A DNA stretch of 64,000 bases from a virus, in the IMG/VR virus record IMGVR_UViG_2858362155_000007, positions 11,124-75,123 of that record. One strand, written 5' to 3'. Positions 49,664 to 59,327 of the stretch are shown piece after piece. Within the stretch, counting starts at the first letter, position 1. Each line of letters opens with the position of its first letter. Under the pieces are notes generated by a model, which searched no databases, was not told the origin of the DNA, and saw only the letters and a program-made list of their open reading frames with translations. Made by a program: the position numbers and the translations under genes.

Positions 49664-50431
49664 CTAATCCTTGCTTTTATTTTTATTTTTTATATTTGTA
49701 CATAATTTACCTATTATTGATTTCAAATATTTAAGCAGATCGCCAACATCATCCTTATTAATCAATAACTCTTCTCCAACTTCTCCTCTTGCATATTCTC
49801 CCGACTTTTTTATGTATAATTCATTAATAATACCATTATTATGAATAATTATATCTCTTGCAGCCTTAAATTCTTTCCATTTCTGAATGTACTTATCTAA
49901 TTTTTCATCATTTTCTATAGAAAAAACGGTATTGATATACTCAAATTGTTTATCTGGTGATGCATAAAAAACCGCCATAAGATTTGCATCAATTATTTTC
50001 TTTATAATATCAACATGACCATCAGCATTAAGTATTGTACCTACATCAATACTATCAATAAATTTTATTTTATTTGTTTTTAATTTTATTCTTCGATTGT
50101 CAATTAACAGAACACCTTCAATCAACTCATAAAGAAAGTGTTCCATTTGCGAAGTTAAGTGTGAAAAAATTGTATATATTAATTCTTTATCATATGCAGT
50201 TGTTAAAATTGAAATCAAATCTTCTTTTTTTCTTTTTACTGTTTTCCCTGAGCGTAATGAAGGAACCTCTATTCTCGATTGACTAATAAAATCCTCATTA
50301 TTTCTTGCCTCACCTATTGCATCATGAGAAAGAGAAAACCAAATAAATGTATTATTTAATTTTTTCTGATATTTAGCTCGTAGAGAGTTTGCAAGAGTAA
50401 TAATTTCACTATTAATATTTTTAGCAACCAT
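49664..50431 (-). CDS. HEPN-like protein (moron between terS and terL)
   Basis: R-x4-H motif ARDIIIHNNG; very AT-rich. Confidence 0.7.
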   Translation of the reverse strand: MVAKNINSEIITLANSLRAKYQKKLNNTFIWFSLSHDAIGEARNNEDFISQSRIEVPSLRSGKTVKRKKEDLISILTTAYDKELIYTIFSHLTSQMEHFLYELIEGVLLIDNRRIKLKTNKIKFIDSIDVGTILNADGHVDIIKKIIDANLMAVFYASPDKQFEYINTVFSIENDEKLDKYIQKWKEFKAARDIIIHNNGIINELYIKKSGEYARGEVGEELLINKDDVGDLLKYLKSIIGKLCTNIKNKNKSKD

Positions 50432-50614
50432 TTTTAGATGTTACCTTACTAGTAATTAATATGTTATCAGTATATTTCCATTAACGCACTATCTTAAATT
50501 TAAACTTTAACTTATATTTCAATTGAATAAAAGATAATAATTAGTAATCTTTATCATAGAGTGAGATACTTCACGCGTGTAAGAAAGTTAATTACATTAT
50601 GCTAACGTCGCTAA

Positions 50615-51625
50615 CTATTTTTGTCTCAATTGCAAAAGCTGCTCAAAACTCAAATGACTTAGGTCGATACCTGTTGTTTGAATAGGCCCACCATCTGCAC
50701 CCGTTAATTCCGTCTTGTTCTTCAGCATACCTAAATGCTGTGCAACCATCTTAAGCGCTTCATCTTGATTACGGGTAATAACCTCAACACCAAACTTCCC
50801 TTCTTTCACGCCAGCAAATACTCGACGAGCTGGCCCTGTTAAATCACGCGTATCATGAAAGTACGCACGGCCAATACCGGCACCGTTACAACGAGGGCAA
50901 TCAGGATTTGGATCTAATGTTTCATCGTAACCGTAGCCACCCACATCTTGTGGTGGGGGTTTCTTTGCTACAACTGCTTTTTTAATCGCATCCTCAAACT
51001 CTATTGAATCACGCCACTGATAATTAAAACCAAAGCCCCAGCAATGACGGCAACATAATCGTCGGTATTCGGTCAACTCGTTAACGTCTGCAGTTGCAAT
51101 ATCCCACCATATTTTTAATACAGCATCTTGGGTTATCTCTGTTCTGCGTTCCCGTTCTGCTAATGCGTCGGTGATTGCCCGATTAACCTTAACATTTCTA
51201 TACATCCGACTTGCGCTTGCGTATGCCGTATTTCCTTCACATTTACCACCAGCACGCTTATATGCAGCAGTCCTATTTAGGTCAATAAGGTATTCATTAA
51301 CGAATTTAGCCTGTAACTCAGTAAGCCCGTAATTGCGCAGACTAAAGGTGTTTTGATCATCATGCGCATTACTGGATTCATTACTCTGCGCAGTGGGTAT
51401 ATCACTATTGCGCATTGGCTCTTTTGCGCTTTCTTTTTTCTGCGCAGTGCGCAATTTCTTGTGCGCAGTTTTTTGCGCATTCTGCGCACTGGATATTTTG
51501 ATATATCGTCGTGCTGTTGAATATTTCAGTCCTTGCGATTCGCACCACTCTTTAGGGGATATTCTTGTTATAGCATGTTCGGCGAGGAACTGTTGTTGTA
51601 GCATCCCCCAATCCGGTTTTGCCAT
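50615..51625 (-). CDS. terS: Terminase small subunit with Cys-rich insert
   Basis: FVNEYLIDLNRTAAYKRAG; CRHC/CPRC; ELTGADGGPI. Confidence 0.9.
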   Translation of the reverse strand: MAKPDWGMLQQQFLAEHAITRISPKEWCESQGLKYSTARRYIKISSAQNAQKTAHKKLRTAQKKESAKEPMRNSDIPTAQSNESSNAHDDQNTFSLRNYGLTELQAKFVNEYLIDLNRTAAYKRAGGKCEGNTAYASASRMYRNVKVNRAITDALAERERRTEITQDAVLKIWWDIATADVNELTEYRRLCCRHCWGFGFNYQWRDSIEFEDAIKKAVVAKKPPPQDVGGYGYDETLDPNPDCPRCNGAGIGRAYFHDTRDLTGPARRVFAGVKEGKFGVEVITRNQDEALKMVAQHLGMLKNKTELTGADGGPIQTTGIDLSHLSFEQLLQLRQK

Positions 51626-51698
51626 CGTGTTTATCTCCTTAGCCTATTAAAAAGCCTACTCGAAAGTAGGCTTTGTGATAGATAATAGATATGAATGA

Positions 51699-52403
51699 TT
51701 ATTGTTTCTTCCTTTCCTCTTTCTTCTTCTCGGCAAGTGATTTTATTGATTCTAGTCTTAATTTTTTATTATGCCGTTCTACATACCATTCTTGTATCAG
51801 TGTTTCTAATAACTCAATTAGTAACTGTGCTTCACTTGGCTCAACATCTACAATAATGTTGATATCTTTTTCCATGTGAGCACCTATATTTCCTATACTT
51901 CTAATCGAGTCAATGGCTTCCCACATTTCAGACTCAACTTTATCTTTAATTGCTTCAATTTCTTTTGCTAAATTTTTTTCATTTATTTTCCAAACATCTC
52001 TAATCATCCCTTGCAAACATCTTCGAGCAAGAGTTGCCGATGATTTAGGAGATAGTTCTCTAATTAAACAAGCTTCTTTATAATCATTTAAAATCGCAGA
52101 AGGAATATAATCAGGGAAAATTTTTGTAGCCCCCATTGGAAGGATCTTATTACTAGAGATACTTCTTATTACTTGATGATTCCTTAACATAGGATTAAAT
52201 TCAATTTCATCCATGTTAATACCTAATACGAATTTCAAGCATTCTGGATTAGGGCAGTGCCTAGAATAAAGAGCAACCTTTATATCTGTCGGTTGAGTAA
52301 CCCCATCAACAATTGAATTTATTGCGTTAAAAGAACAAGATCTGTCGATATATGAGCCTTTTGTTGATATTTGATTGCAGTACGGACATAACCAGCTAGA
52401 CAT
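51699..52403 (-). CDS. DUF4145 (HEPN) protein with N-terminal Zn ribbon
   Basis: CPYC/CPNPEC; ARRCLQGMI; IRSIGNIGAH. Confidence 0.82.
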   Translation of the reverse strand: MSSWLCPYCNQISTKGSYIDRSCSFNAINSIVDGVTQPTDIKVALYSRHCPNPECLKFVLGINMDEIEFNPMLRNHQVIRSISSNKILPMGATKIFPDYIPSAILNDYKEACLIRELSPKSSATLARRCLQGMIRDVWKINEKNLAKEIEAIKDKVESEMWEAIDSIRSIGNIGAHMEKDINIIVDVEPSEAQLLIELLETLIQEWYVERHNKKLRLESIKSLAEKKKEERKKQ

Positions 52404-52453
52404 TTATTAATCCCTTTTTTAGTTATTCATAACTTATTTTAATAAGTTAATAA

Positions 52454-52789
52454 TCATTCGTCACTCACTCTTTCCTCTTCTATTTGTCTTAGTGCTTTCA
52501 ACTGTTGGTTTGCTTTATCAATAGTGGCTAATAATGCAGAGATCCATAGAATAGCTTGTGAATATGATAATGTTTTTCCATCACTATCGGGTGGTAGTGG
52601 TGCAAGAACAAGTTCAGTTAATGTTGCTGGTATTGGTGTACATTGCGCTGGAACGTAACTCGTTTGTGTATTCGTACAGGCTATCAGCAATAGACTGAGG
52701 AACAAGAGAATCGCAATTCGGATCTTTTTTAAGGATTGTTCTATATTCAATAATTTTCTCCTGTGATTTTGCATCTGTCTGAATACCAT
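52454..52789 (-). CDS. o-spanin lipoprotein (true start likely downstream of track start)
   Basis: Lipobox LLIAC; overlaps i-spanin 3' end. Confidence 0.75.
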   Translation of the reverse strand: MVFRQMQNHRRKLLNIEQSLKKIRIAILLFLSLLLIACTNTQTSYVPAQCTPIPATLTELVLAPLPPDSDGKTLSYSQAILWISALLATIDKANQQLKALRQIEEERVSDE

Positions 52790-53006
52790 GACGGTAAGCT
52801 GTAGTCGCTATTTGATTAAAACGATTGAATTGAAAGACCTGATCACTTAACAGTTTTGAGTAGCTCTCATTTTCTTTTGTTAATTGCTTATTCTCTGCTA
52901 ATAACTTATCTCGTTGAGTAATGATATCTTGTATGCCATTGGCAATATAACCACCACTGATAACTCCTACCATCACAATAACAATGTAAAGTTTCCAGTG
53001 TTTCAT
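52614..53006 (-). CDS. i-spanin
   Basis: N-terminal TM + coiled coil after endolysin. Confidence 0.8.
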   Translation of the reverse strand: MKHWKLYIVIVMVGVISGGYIANGIQDIITQRDKLLAENKQLTKENESYSKLLSDQVFQFNRFNQIATTAYRHGIQTDAKSQEKIIEYRTILKKDPNCDSLVPQSIADSLYEYTNELRSSAMYTNTSNIN

Positions 53007-53008
53007 AA

Positions 53009-53167
53009 TTAGTACCGATGATGTGAGAGAGCTACCTGACAGCGTTTTTCTAAACTGGCTTTATCATTAATACATGAATTATCAATTGAGAGATAAATGC
53101 CACCAGCAACTGTGATGAGTAATACGAGGATAAAGCTAATAACGATAATTAAAGATTTCCATGACAT
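53009..53167 (-). CDS. 52-aa single-TM peptide, missing from track
   Basis: MSWKSLIIVISFILVLLITVAGGIYLSIDNSCINDKASLEKRCQVALSHHRY; fills endolysin-spanin gap. Confidence 0.6.
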   Translation of the reverse strand: MSWKSLIIVISFILVLLITVAGGIYLSIDNSCINDKASLEKRCQVALSHHRY

Positions 53168-53619
53168 AGTGCTGACTCCGCATCTCTACGACTGACTAAC
53201 CCTCGCCATACTTTTCCATCAGCATAAACCCAGCGTTTCATTTCTTCACAAGCGCCATTCTGATCACCAGCATTTAATTTCTTAAGCAATGTAGAGCGTG
53301 CAAAAGCCGTGGTACCGACATTAAAAGCAAAGGAATATAGAGAAGCTTTTGCTTTATCATCGACCGGCACTTTAACCAGGATATCAACTTGCTGTTGCGT
53401 TCTGATAAAGTCTTTCTGCAGTAATTCGTCACACTCTTGTTGTGTATAAGTCTTACCTTGAATGATGTCGTTTCCAGTATGGCCATAACAAACCGTCAGA
53501 ATTCCAGCAACATCGCGGTAAGGTTCATAACGCACTCCCTCAAAATAACCAATCACTGTTAGTGCAATACTTACAGCGCCAGCACTCGCAACAGCTGTCA
53601 CTTTTTGTTTTAGGTTCAT
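53149..53619 (-). CDS. SAR endolysin (GH24 lysozyme)
   Basis: Ala/Gly-rich SAR N-terminus; E-x8-D-x5-T triad. Confidence 0.93.
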   Translation of the reverse strand: MNLKQKVTAVASAGAVSIALTVIGYFEGVRYEPYRDVAGILTVCYGHTGNDIIQGKTYTQQECDELLQKDFIRTQQQVDILVKVPVDDKAKASLYSFAFNVGTTAFARSTLLKKLNAGDQNGACEEMKRWVYADGKVWRGLVSRRDAESALCHGNL

Positions 53620-53888
53620 TAGATGTCCTTTTTAGCTTTAGTCAGCATCTCACCGACTATTTTTTCGATTTCTCGCGGATCACTAGAACAATTTCGATGA
53701 ACCAATTCAGCAAATAATGCTGTTCGTTTTCTCTGTTCTCGCCGTGTCATCAGATAAGTTGCTAATCCAAGAAGCATGCTAAATCCCATCCCTATTACAA
53801 AGCCCCATTCATACAATGAGAGACTTGCAAAAAAGGCAGTTAAGCCAGCCGTTCCGTAGGTAGCATTGGTTAATTTGTCCATGCGCAT
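53619..53888 (-). CDS. Holin (pinholin-like), dual start M-R-M
   Basis: MRMDKLTNATYG...; upstream of SAR endolysin. Confidence 0.82.
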   Translation of the reverse strand: MRMDKLTNATYGTAGLTAFFASLSLYEWGFVIGMGFSMLLGLATYLMTRREQRKRTALFAELVHRNCSSDPREIEKIVGEMLTKAKKDI

Positions 53889-53941
53889 ATACACCCCCTA
53901 CGGAGTGTCCGAGTTGTTTGTGTTATGGGAAATGAAATTTC

Positions 53942-54155
53942 ACCACACTCTCGTAGTGGTCACGCTCATGCCCTTGAGTTCATAACCCCAGTTCGGCTCT
54001 GCTCCCTGTGGGATCTAACCAGTGCACGATTGGCTTTCATGCTTCGTTACCGGTGCTTCTTTTCTTATTAACCCTTACCAGATGCAAAGCTGGCTCTTTA
54101 CTAGGAGACTCGGGGCTGAATCATGACATCAGCATGTAAAATACGGCCAACCCGC
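53942..54155 (-). ncRNA. Candidate structured RNA between MTase and holin
   Basis: GC-richer ORF-free stretch with several stems. Confidence 0.35.
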
Positions 54156-54156
54156 T

Positions 54157-55203
54157 TTATGACTTCATGTTATTTATTTCCTCTCTTGTTTGTTCAAATC
54201 GCTCTTTCTCAAGTTCAACTCCAAGAACTCGACGATTTAACTTTAATGCGGACTTTAGTGTTGCACCCGACCCCATAAAAAAATCAGCAACCAGATCACC
54301 TTCGCGACTGCTTGAGCGAATAATGTGTTCCATCATTTCAGCTGGTTTTTCACAAGGATGTTTACCTGCGTAATATTGCACAGGTGGATACGTCCACACA
54401 TCGGTGTAAGGAACATCAACGGTGACAGAAAAAGGACGGCGCAATAATTGATATTGTTCAGCAAGCTCTTGGTACTCTCGACTAAGAGAAGCCTGCACCT
54501 CTATCAAATCAGTATGATCACGATTTAAAGGATTACTACTAAACTTTTCACTTGCTACGCGATGAAACAGCTCCTGCAGTTTTTTGTAGTCAGACTCACT
54601 CGGTAGTTGCCATTGGCTGTAACTAAACCAGTGTGAAGCCATTTGTTTACCTGTTGCCTGTTTTATTTCTTTTGCTGTTATTCCTAACAATTCACGTGCA
54701 GATTTAAAATACTCAATTAAAGGCTTAAATACGTTTTCTTTAAGCGCTTTGCATTGCTGAAGATAGGTACTGCTTTTACCCTTGTATGGACTTTGATAAT
54801 GTTCAGCAAATAAAATTCTTTCAGTGCTTGGAAAGAAACTGCGTAAATCAGCTTTACATGCCCTGCGCCAAGGCCCTGATGGTTTAGCCCATACAATGTG
54901 ACTTAGAATATTAAATCTTTCACGAACGAGTAATTCTGTATCTGACGCTAGTTTCGAACCGCAAAAGAGATAAAGGCTACCGTTAGGCTTTAATACTCGC
55001 CAAAATTCCGCAAGCATTTCATCAAGCCAAGATAAATATGATGTTACGTTTTCCCACTGATTATCCCAACTACAAGACTTCACCTGAAAGTAAGGCGGGT
55101 CAGTTGCGATTAAGTCAATACAATTATCGGGAAGTGTTTTTATATAGCTGAGTGAGTCATCATTGACTAAATTTACACTGTTTAAATTCACAGTATTTTT
55201 CAT
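54157..55203 (-). CDS. DNA methyltransferase (N6/N4, beta class)
   Basis: TDPPY, HPCEKP, DFFMGSG; paralog of 14709-15731. Confidence 0.93.
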   Translation of the reverse strand: MKNTVNLNSVNLVNDDSLSYIKTLPDNCIDLIATDPPYFQVKSCSWDNQWENVTSYLSWLDEMLAEFWRVLKPNGSLYLFCGSKLASDTELLVRERFNILSHIVWAKPSGPWRRACKADLRSFFPSTERILFAEHYQSPYKGKSSTYLQQCKALKENVFKPLIEYFKSARELLGITAKEIKQATGKQMASHWFSYSQWQLPSESDYKKLQELFHRVASEKFSSNPLNRDHTDLIEVQASLSREYQELAEQYQLLRRPFSVTVDVPYTDVWTYPPVQYYAGKHPCEKPAEMMEHIIRSSSREGDLVADFFMGSGATLKSALKLNRRVLGVELEKERFEQTREEINNMKS

Positions 55204-55345
55204 AGATCAGGAGAACCTTTTTTGATAAGCTCACTATGCTTTGTGCACATAAGCAGTGGGCTTTAGTTTGTCCGTGATCTACCAGAACGGGTGAATGACT
55301 GTAAAGGTGCTACCAACACTTTTACAGTCGCCCATTTTCACAGTA

Positions 55346-55543
55346 TTAGATATTTTGAAATGTGTTTTCTTTGATGTTTTCTTTGATTAGCCCCGCCATC
55401 GCCAACTGCGTTAATATCAATTGACAACGTGGCTCAGTTAAATAAGTAAACTGTGCAACTTCGCCAGCTGTTACTTCTTTCGTATGCGGAACAACTTCAA
55501 AAACAAGTCTTGCCTCTTCTGTCATATCACTATGTTTTAACAT
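55346..55543 (-). CDS. 65-aa winged-helix-like protein
   Basis: Paralog of 15799-15996. Confidence 0.78.
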   Translation of the reverse strand: MLKHSDMTEEARLVFEVVPHTKEVTAGEVAQFTYLTEPRCQLILTQLAMAGLIKENIKENTFQNI

Positions 55544-55633
55544 GATATTTTAATACCTTTGGTCAGTTATTGGTCGTGAGCACACATGTAACTCTGAACA
55601 AAGGAAACAGCAAGCCTTATCTGTTTTAGATAC

Positions 55634-55661
55634 AAAAAAACCCAGCGCTTAGGCTGGGTTA
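55634..55661 (-). terminator. tR'-like terminator
   Basis: ACCCAGC-ctaagc-GCTGGGT + T run. Confidence 0.78.
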
Positions 55662-55697
55662 GTTGGTGAAGTTACAAAAAAGGCAACTTACCTTGAA

Positions 55698-55726
55698 ATA
55701 GTGGCTCATTAGTTCAAAGATGTCAA
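55698..55726 (-). promoter_or_regulatory. Late promoter pR'-like
   Basis: TTGACA-17-CACTAT overlapping Q stop. Confidence 0.68.
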
Positions 55727-56239
55727 CACGTTTTTGCTATTTCGCTTCTCGATCATCTCTTTTTCTCTATTTTTAAATGCATCTACTAGAGGTTGGTATA
55801 ATAAATATTCAACAGCATTTAATATTTCTTCTACCTCTCTACGGCATGTAGACATAGAGGGCTTTCTTTCTCTTAACATGCCATTTCTACGAGCCATTAT
55901 TCTTGGTTCACTATTCTTATGATAATGACGAGCTATAGCTCTATCCGATGCACAAAAAGCATATCGACTAAGTAACATATTAAATGCCTGAATATCTATG
56001 TGATATATACTGTCAACAACTCTCTGAATAAGTAGACCATCTTCATCACTACACGTAGGCCTATACGGATAATCACGTCGCTCTACTCTTTCCATAAATT
56101 GAGCAATCATACTACTCTGTCGTTTATCTATACGTCCGCTATGTACCCATGTACCAAATCGAGTTAACCAGTTTTGAAGCCAAGCTTCTCGTGTTTTATC
56201 AAGTTTTAACCCATCAGATATACTTTTTATACTCGACAT
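55709..56239 (-). CDS. Antitermination protein Q (different family from phage 1)
   Basis: WL..FGTWV...CSDEDGLLI...TCRREV; position before pR'. Confidence 0.82.
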   Translation of the reverse strand: MSSIKSISDGLKLDKTREAWLQNWLTRFGTWVHSGRIDKRQSSMIAQFMERVERRDYPYRPTCSDEDGLLIQRVVDSIYHIDIQAFNMLLSRYAFCASDRAIARHYHKNSEPRIMARRNGMLRERKPSMSTCRREVEEILNAVEYLLYQPLVDAFKNREKEMIEKRNSKNVLTSLN

Positions 56240-56538
56240 GCTCGTAACTCCATTACTTCTTGCTTAGTCTGTTCTAATAACTCAATCTCGGTACCATGAA
56301 TTTCTTGCCACGGTTTAGGCGAAGCGTGAAAGCCGGTTTCGTAACACGCTCTATGATGTGGCGGACACAGAGGTAAAACATCTGTATGACTAGCTCGCTG
56401 TGCCATTCCCTGCCCTGTTCTAACATGATGTATTTCCGCTCTACTTGCCCCAAGCCCCATATTGCGACAACAAATACAACCCAGTTCTGCTACATCTGAT
56501 AGCCACTGTCTTTCTTCTTTGGTCTTTGATTTGATCAT
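56227..56538 (-). CDS. Ref-like/HNH-type Zn nuclease
   Basis: GCICC...EIHH...LPLCPPHH. Confidence 0.78.
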   Translation of the reverse strand: MIKSKTKEERQWLSDVAELGCICCRNMGLGASRAEIHHVRTGQGMAQRASHTDVLPLCPPHHRACYETGFHASPKPWQEIHGTEIELLEQTKQEVMELRACRV

Positions 56539-56549
56539 TGGTCTTGCCT

Positions 56550-57143
56550 CTACGTGAAACTTAATAATTGAGATACTGCATTTTCTACAGCTTTTTGAGT
56601 GGGGAACTGTTTACGAAGGATAAAATTCCAAAGCACATCGAGTGTGGCTTTGTAGAGTTCGCTAAATGCTAAGTCGTCCATATTTGCAAAACTGATTGAT
56701 TTAGCGACACGACGTAAACTACCGTCAGGCATTTCAAACGTATCGTAATAACCGGCTTGTTCTACAACCCAATAGCGAAAAGCATCAAATGATTTTGTTG
56801 CTGAGATATTTTGCGCACGTTTTTGTGCAACGTCTTCTAGATAGATATCGGATGCTGATAAGAGCGCGTCAACATTATCCGTGTAATACGAAAGGAATGT
56901 GATGTAACCACGCACAAGCTCTTTTTCTTCAGGTGAAATGGTACCGCCAACTGGTTCCCAATATTCATAACCTAAGTTGAGTAATGCGAAGTATTTACGA
57001 TGAAATCGAGGGTTACGAGCTTTCTTAAAATTGGCTGAAAGCACATCACCACACTTGATTTTTGAATGCAGAAAATCTCTCGTAACAGGGTTAGCCGGTA
57101 CAAGAGTATCGTTAGACATTTTGATAAAGCTATGCTGTGCCAT
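56550..57143 (-). CDS. DUF1367 family protein
   Basis: RNPRFHRKYFALL...KSISFANMD. Confidence 0.85.
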   Translation of the reverse strand: MAQHSFIKMSNDTLVPANPVTRDFLHSKIKCGDVLSANFKKARNPRFHRKYFALLNLGYEYWEPVGGTISPEEKELVRGYITFLSYYTDNVDALLSASDIYLEDVAQKRAQNISATKSFDAFRYWVVEQAGYYDTFEMPDGSLRRVAKSISFANMDDLAFSELYKATLDVLWNFILRKQFPTQKAVENAVSQLLSFT

Positions 57144-57256
57144 ACTTGACTCTCAGTTGACACAGCAAATGTTTAGGATTGGGTGTTCAGACCAATGGAA
57201 TTATTTTATCAGAAATGCTTTTTTCTTCAAAAGAAGATAATTTTAAATTTAAAGAA

Positions 57257-58144
57257 TCACATAAATAGTTCTTTAAGTTGAGATACATAAGGTGTTATTG
57301 CAGATAGAACAGATGCAGAACCACCAGCAATAGTCATTATTTCGACTAGTTTTGTCATAACACCAGTTTGGTCTTTAACACTTTTCATCGACTCAACATG
57401 TGGGATTATATCATCAATAATTTGAGTGTCTTTTCCCTGCTTTTTTATCTCTAATAATTCAGAAAGTAGTTTATCTATTAAATCATGAGATTGAACTTGT
57501 AAATTTTGATTAAAATTTTCGCTGGCATTAGCAACATTAGCATTACCATAAATATTGGTATTAAATATATGTGCTATTTTTTCCTTTTGTTCATCATTCA
57601 AATTAGACAATTTGATATCCTCAATATTTGAAATTTTACTTTCTACTTCTAATGTGAATTGTAATATTCTGGTTTTAATTCCATCAAGAATAGCTGTATA
57701 TAAATGAGCCGGCGACTCACTCCAAATTCTCATAACATCTTGATGTGTAAAACCTTTAGATATTAAGCTCACAATGTGTGTATCCCATGGCCTTTCCATC
57801 ATAATAGAATCATGTGAAGTTAACTCCTCAATAGATGAGACACTATTCGCAACACGCATTACACCATAATTTTTTTGAACGGGCTCTGGAAATTTAGTTA
57901 TATCTATTGGGTAATTTTTCCAAATATTATAACCATCCGTAAAATCCCCCTTAACTACACAATTAAGTATTCTGTATTCAGGGATTTCATCTGTATTTTT
58001 ATATCCATTAAGTTCATCATTAACCCATCTTATAAAATTTTCATTTTTTATTTTATGAGCTAAATACAAACATTTTCTTAATAAATCAGATAGTTGAACT
58101 TTTGAATTAATGCAATCATTCTGTATTTCAATGAGTATTGACAT
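57257..58144 (-). CDS. AbiTii-domain protein (moron)
   Basis: LSDLLRKC..LA..I...WV..ELNGY....IPEYR; AT-rich. Confidence 0.8.
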   Translation of the reverse strand: MSILIEIQNDCINSKVQLSDLLRKCLYLAHKIKNENFIRWVNDELNGYKNTDEIPEYRILNCVVKGDFTDGYNIWKNYPIDITKFPEPVQKNYGVMRVANSVSSIEELTSHDSIMMERPWDTHIVSLISKGFTHQDVMRIWSESPAHLYTAILDGIKTRILQFTLEVESKISNIEDIKLSNLNDEQKEKIAHIFNTNIYGNANVANASENFNQNLQVQSHDLIDKLLSELLEIKKQGKDTQIIDDIIPHVESMKSVKDQTGVMTKLVEIMTIAGGSASVLSAITPYVSQLKELFM

Positions 58145-58171
58145 TTAGAAATCCCCATTTAATTAATTATA

Positions 58172-58513
58172 CTATTTTATCTTCAATTGTAACTCACTTC
58201 CTCCATAAGTAACCCAGCATTTTGAATCACCAGACAAACAGCATTGTTGAACAGGTAATTGCTCAAAACAACGCTCACATTTACGTTTAGACAATTTCGC
58301 TACTTGATTTTTATACTCAGCATCATCTTTCCGAATAAGCATCTGTAGGTATTCAACAATGCCATACGGTTCTCGACCAGGCATGCGCAATACACAATTA
58401 CGCTTTATCATTTCCAATTCTTGATTATCTACAAGTAATTCAATTTTAGTTACACCTAATTCTTTCTGCCGTTTACGTTGTTCCGCTTTACGTTCTGCTA
58501 CTGTTTTTGCCAT
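58172..58513 (-). CDS. Hypothetical phage protein (Cys-rich C-terminus)
   Basis: AERKAEQRKRQ N-terminus; CERC..CC..C. Confidence 0.75.
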   Translation of the reverse strand: MAKTVAERKAEQRKRQKELGVTKIELLVDNQELEMIKRNCVLRMPGREPYGIVEYLQMLIRKDDAEYKNQVAKLSKRKCERCFEQLPVQQCCLSGDSKCWVTYGGSELQLKIK

Positions 58514-58523
58514 TGATCTTACC

Positions 58524-59327
58524 TCAATAATTCATCCACAAACATTCAGTACGAATTTTGGTACCACGACCGGCAGAAATACGAGCCTCTTTGGTTACTT
58601 TTCTCCAGCCTGATAATTCATCATCATATAAATTCGAGTGATAGCCACTGATAATTACTTTTCCAGAAACAGACTTAATAATTTGCAGTAACTCATGATG
58701 TTGCCCATTAGTCATTTCAAAGTTGTAATAACGATTACCACTCACTCGTGTTTCAGGCATATATGGAGGATCTAAATAAAATAGAGTATCAGTGGCGTCA
58801 TGTTTTTTAATCAGATCTAATGCCGGCTTATTTTCAATAATGACTCCCTGCAAACGCTGACAAACTGCAGATAAGTTTTCAGGATATTTAGCCCACAAAT
58901 GTGAGTAGATTGAATATTCACGTTTACTATCAGACTGAAATCCCGAGTTACCGTTTAAACCAGAAGCAGAACCAAACCCCATGCAAGCGCGAACAACCAT
59001 GCGTCTAGCTCTCTCTAATGGATTATCAATAAACTCTTTAGCTAACATAAACTCGTCACGGGAATAAGCAGTAAGTAAGCAAGCCTCTTGTAACTTAATG
59101 TTTAATTCAGGATCTCTTAATACCTTGAATAGATTTACAACTTCACTATCTAGATCATTATATATTTCTGCATAGCTACGTTCTTTCTGCATTAAGACGC
59201 TAGCAACTCCACCAAAGGGCTCTACATAGCAACGATGCTCTGGAAAATAACTTAATATCCATTTTGCTAAACGAAATTTACCTCCGTGATAACGGATCAC
59301 GGGGTGTTTAATTTGATGCTTACTCAT
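58524..59327 (-). CDS. DNA adenine methyltransferase (D12 class)
   Basis: YHGGKFRLA, YVEPFGG, YLDPPY. Confidence 0.92.
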   Translation of the reverse strand: MSKHQIKHPVIRYHGGKFRLAKWILSYFPEHRCYVEPFGGVASVLMQKERSYAEIYNDLDSEVVNLFKVLRDPELNIKLQEACLLTAYSRDEFMLAKEFIDNPLERARRMVVRACMGFGSASGLNGNSGFQSDSKREYSIYSHLWAKYPENLSAVCQRLQGVIIENKPALDLIKKHDATDTLFYLDPPYMPETRVSGNRYYNFEMTNGQHHELLQIIKSVSGKVIISGYHSNLYDDELSGWRKVTKEARISAGRGTKIRTECLWMNY

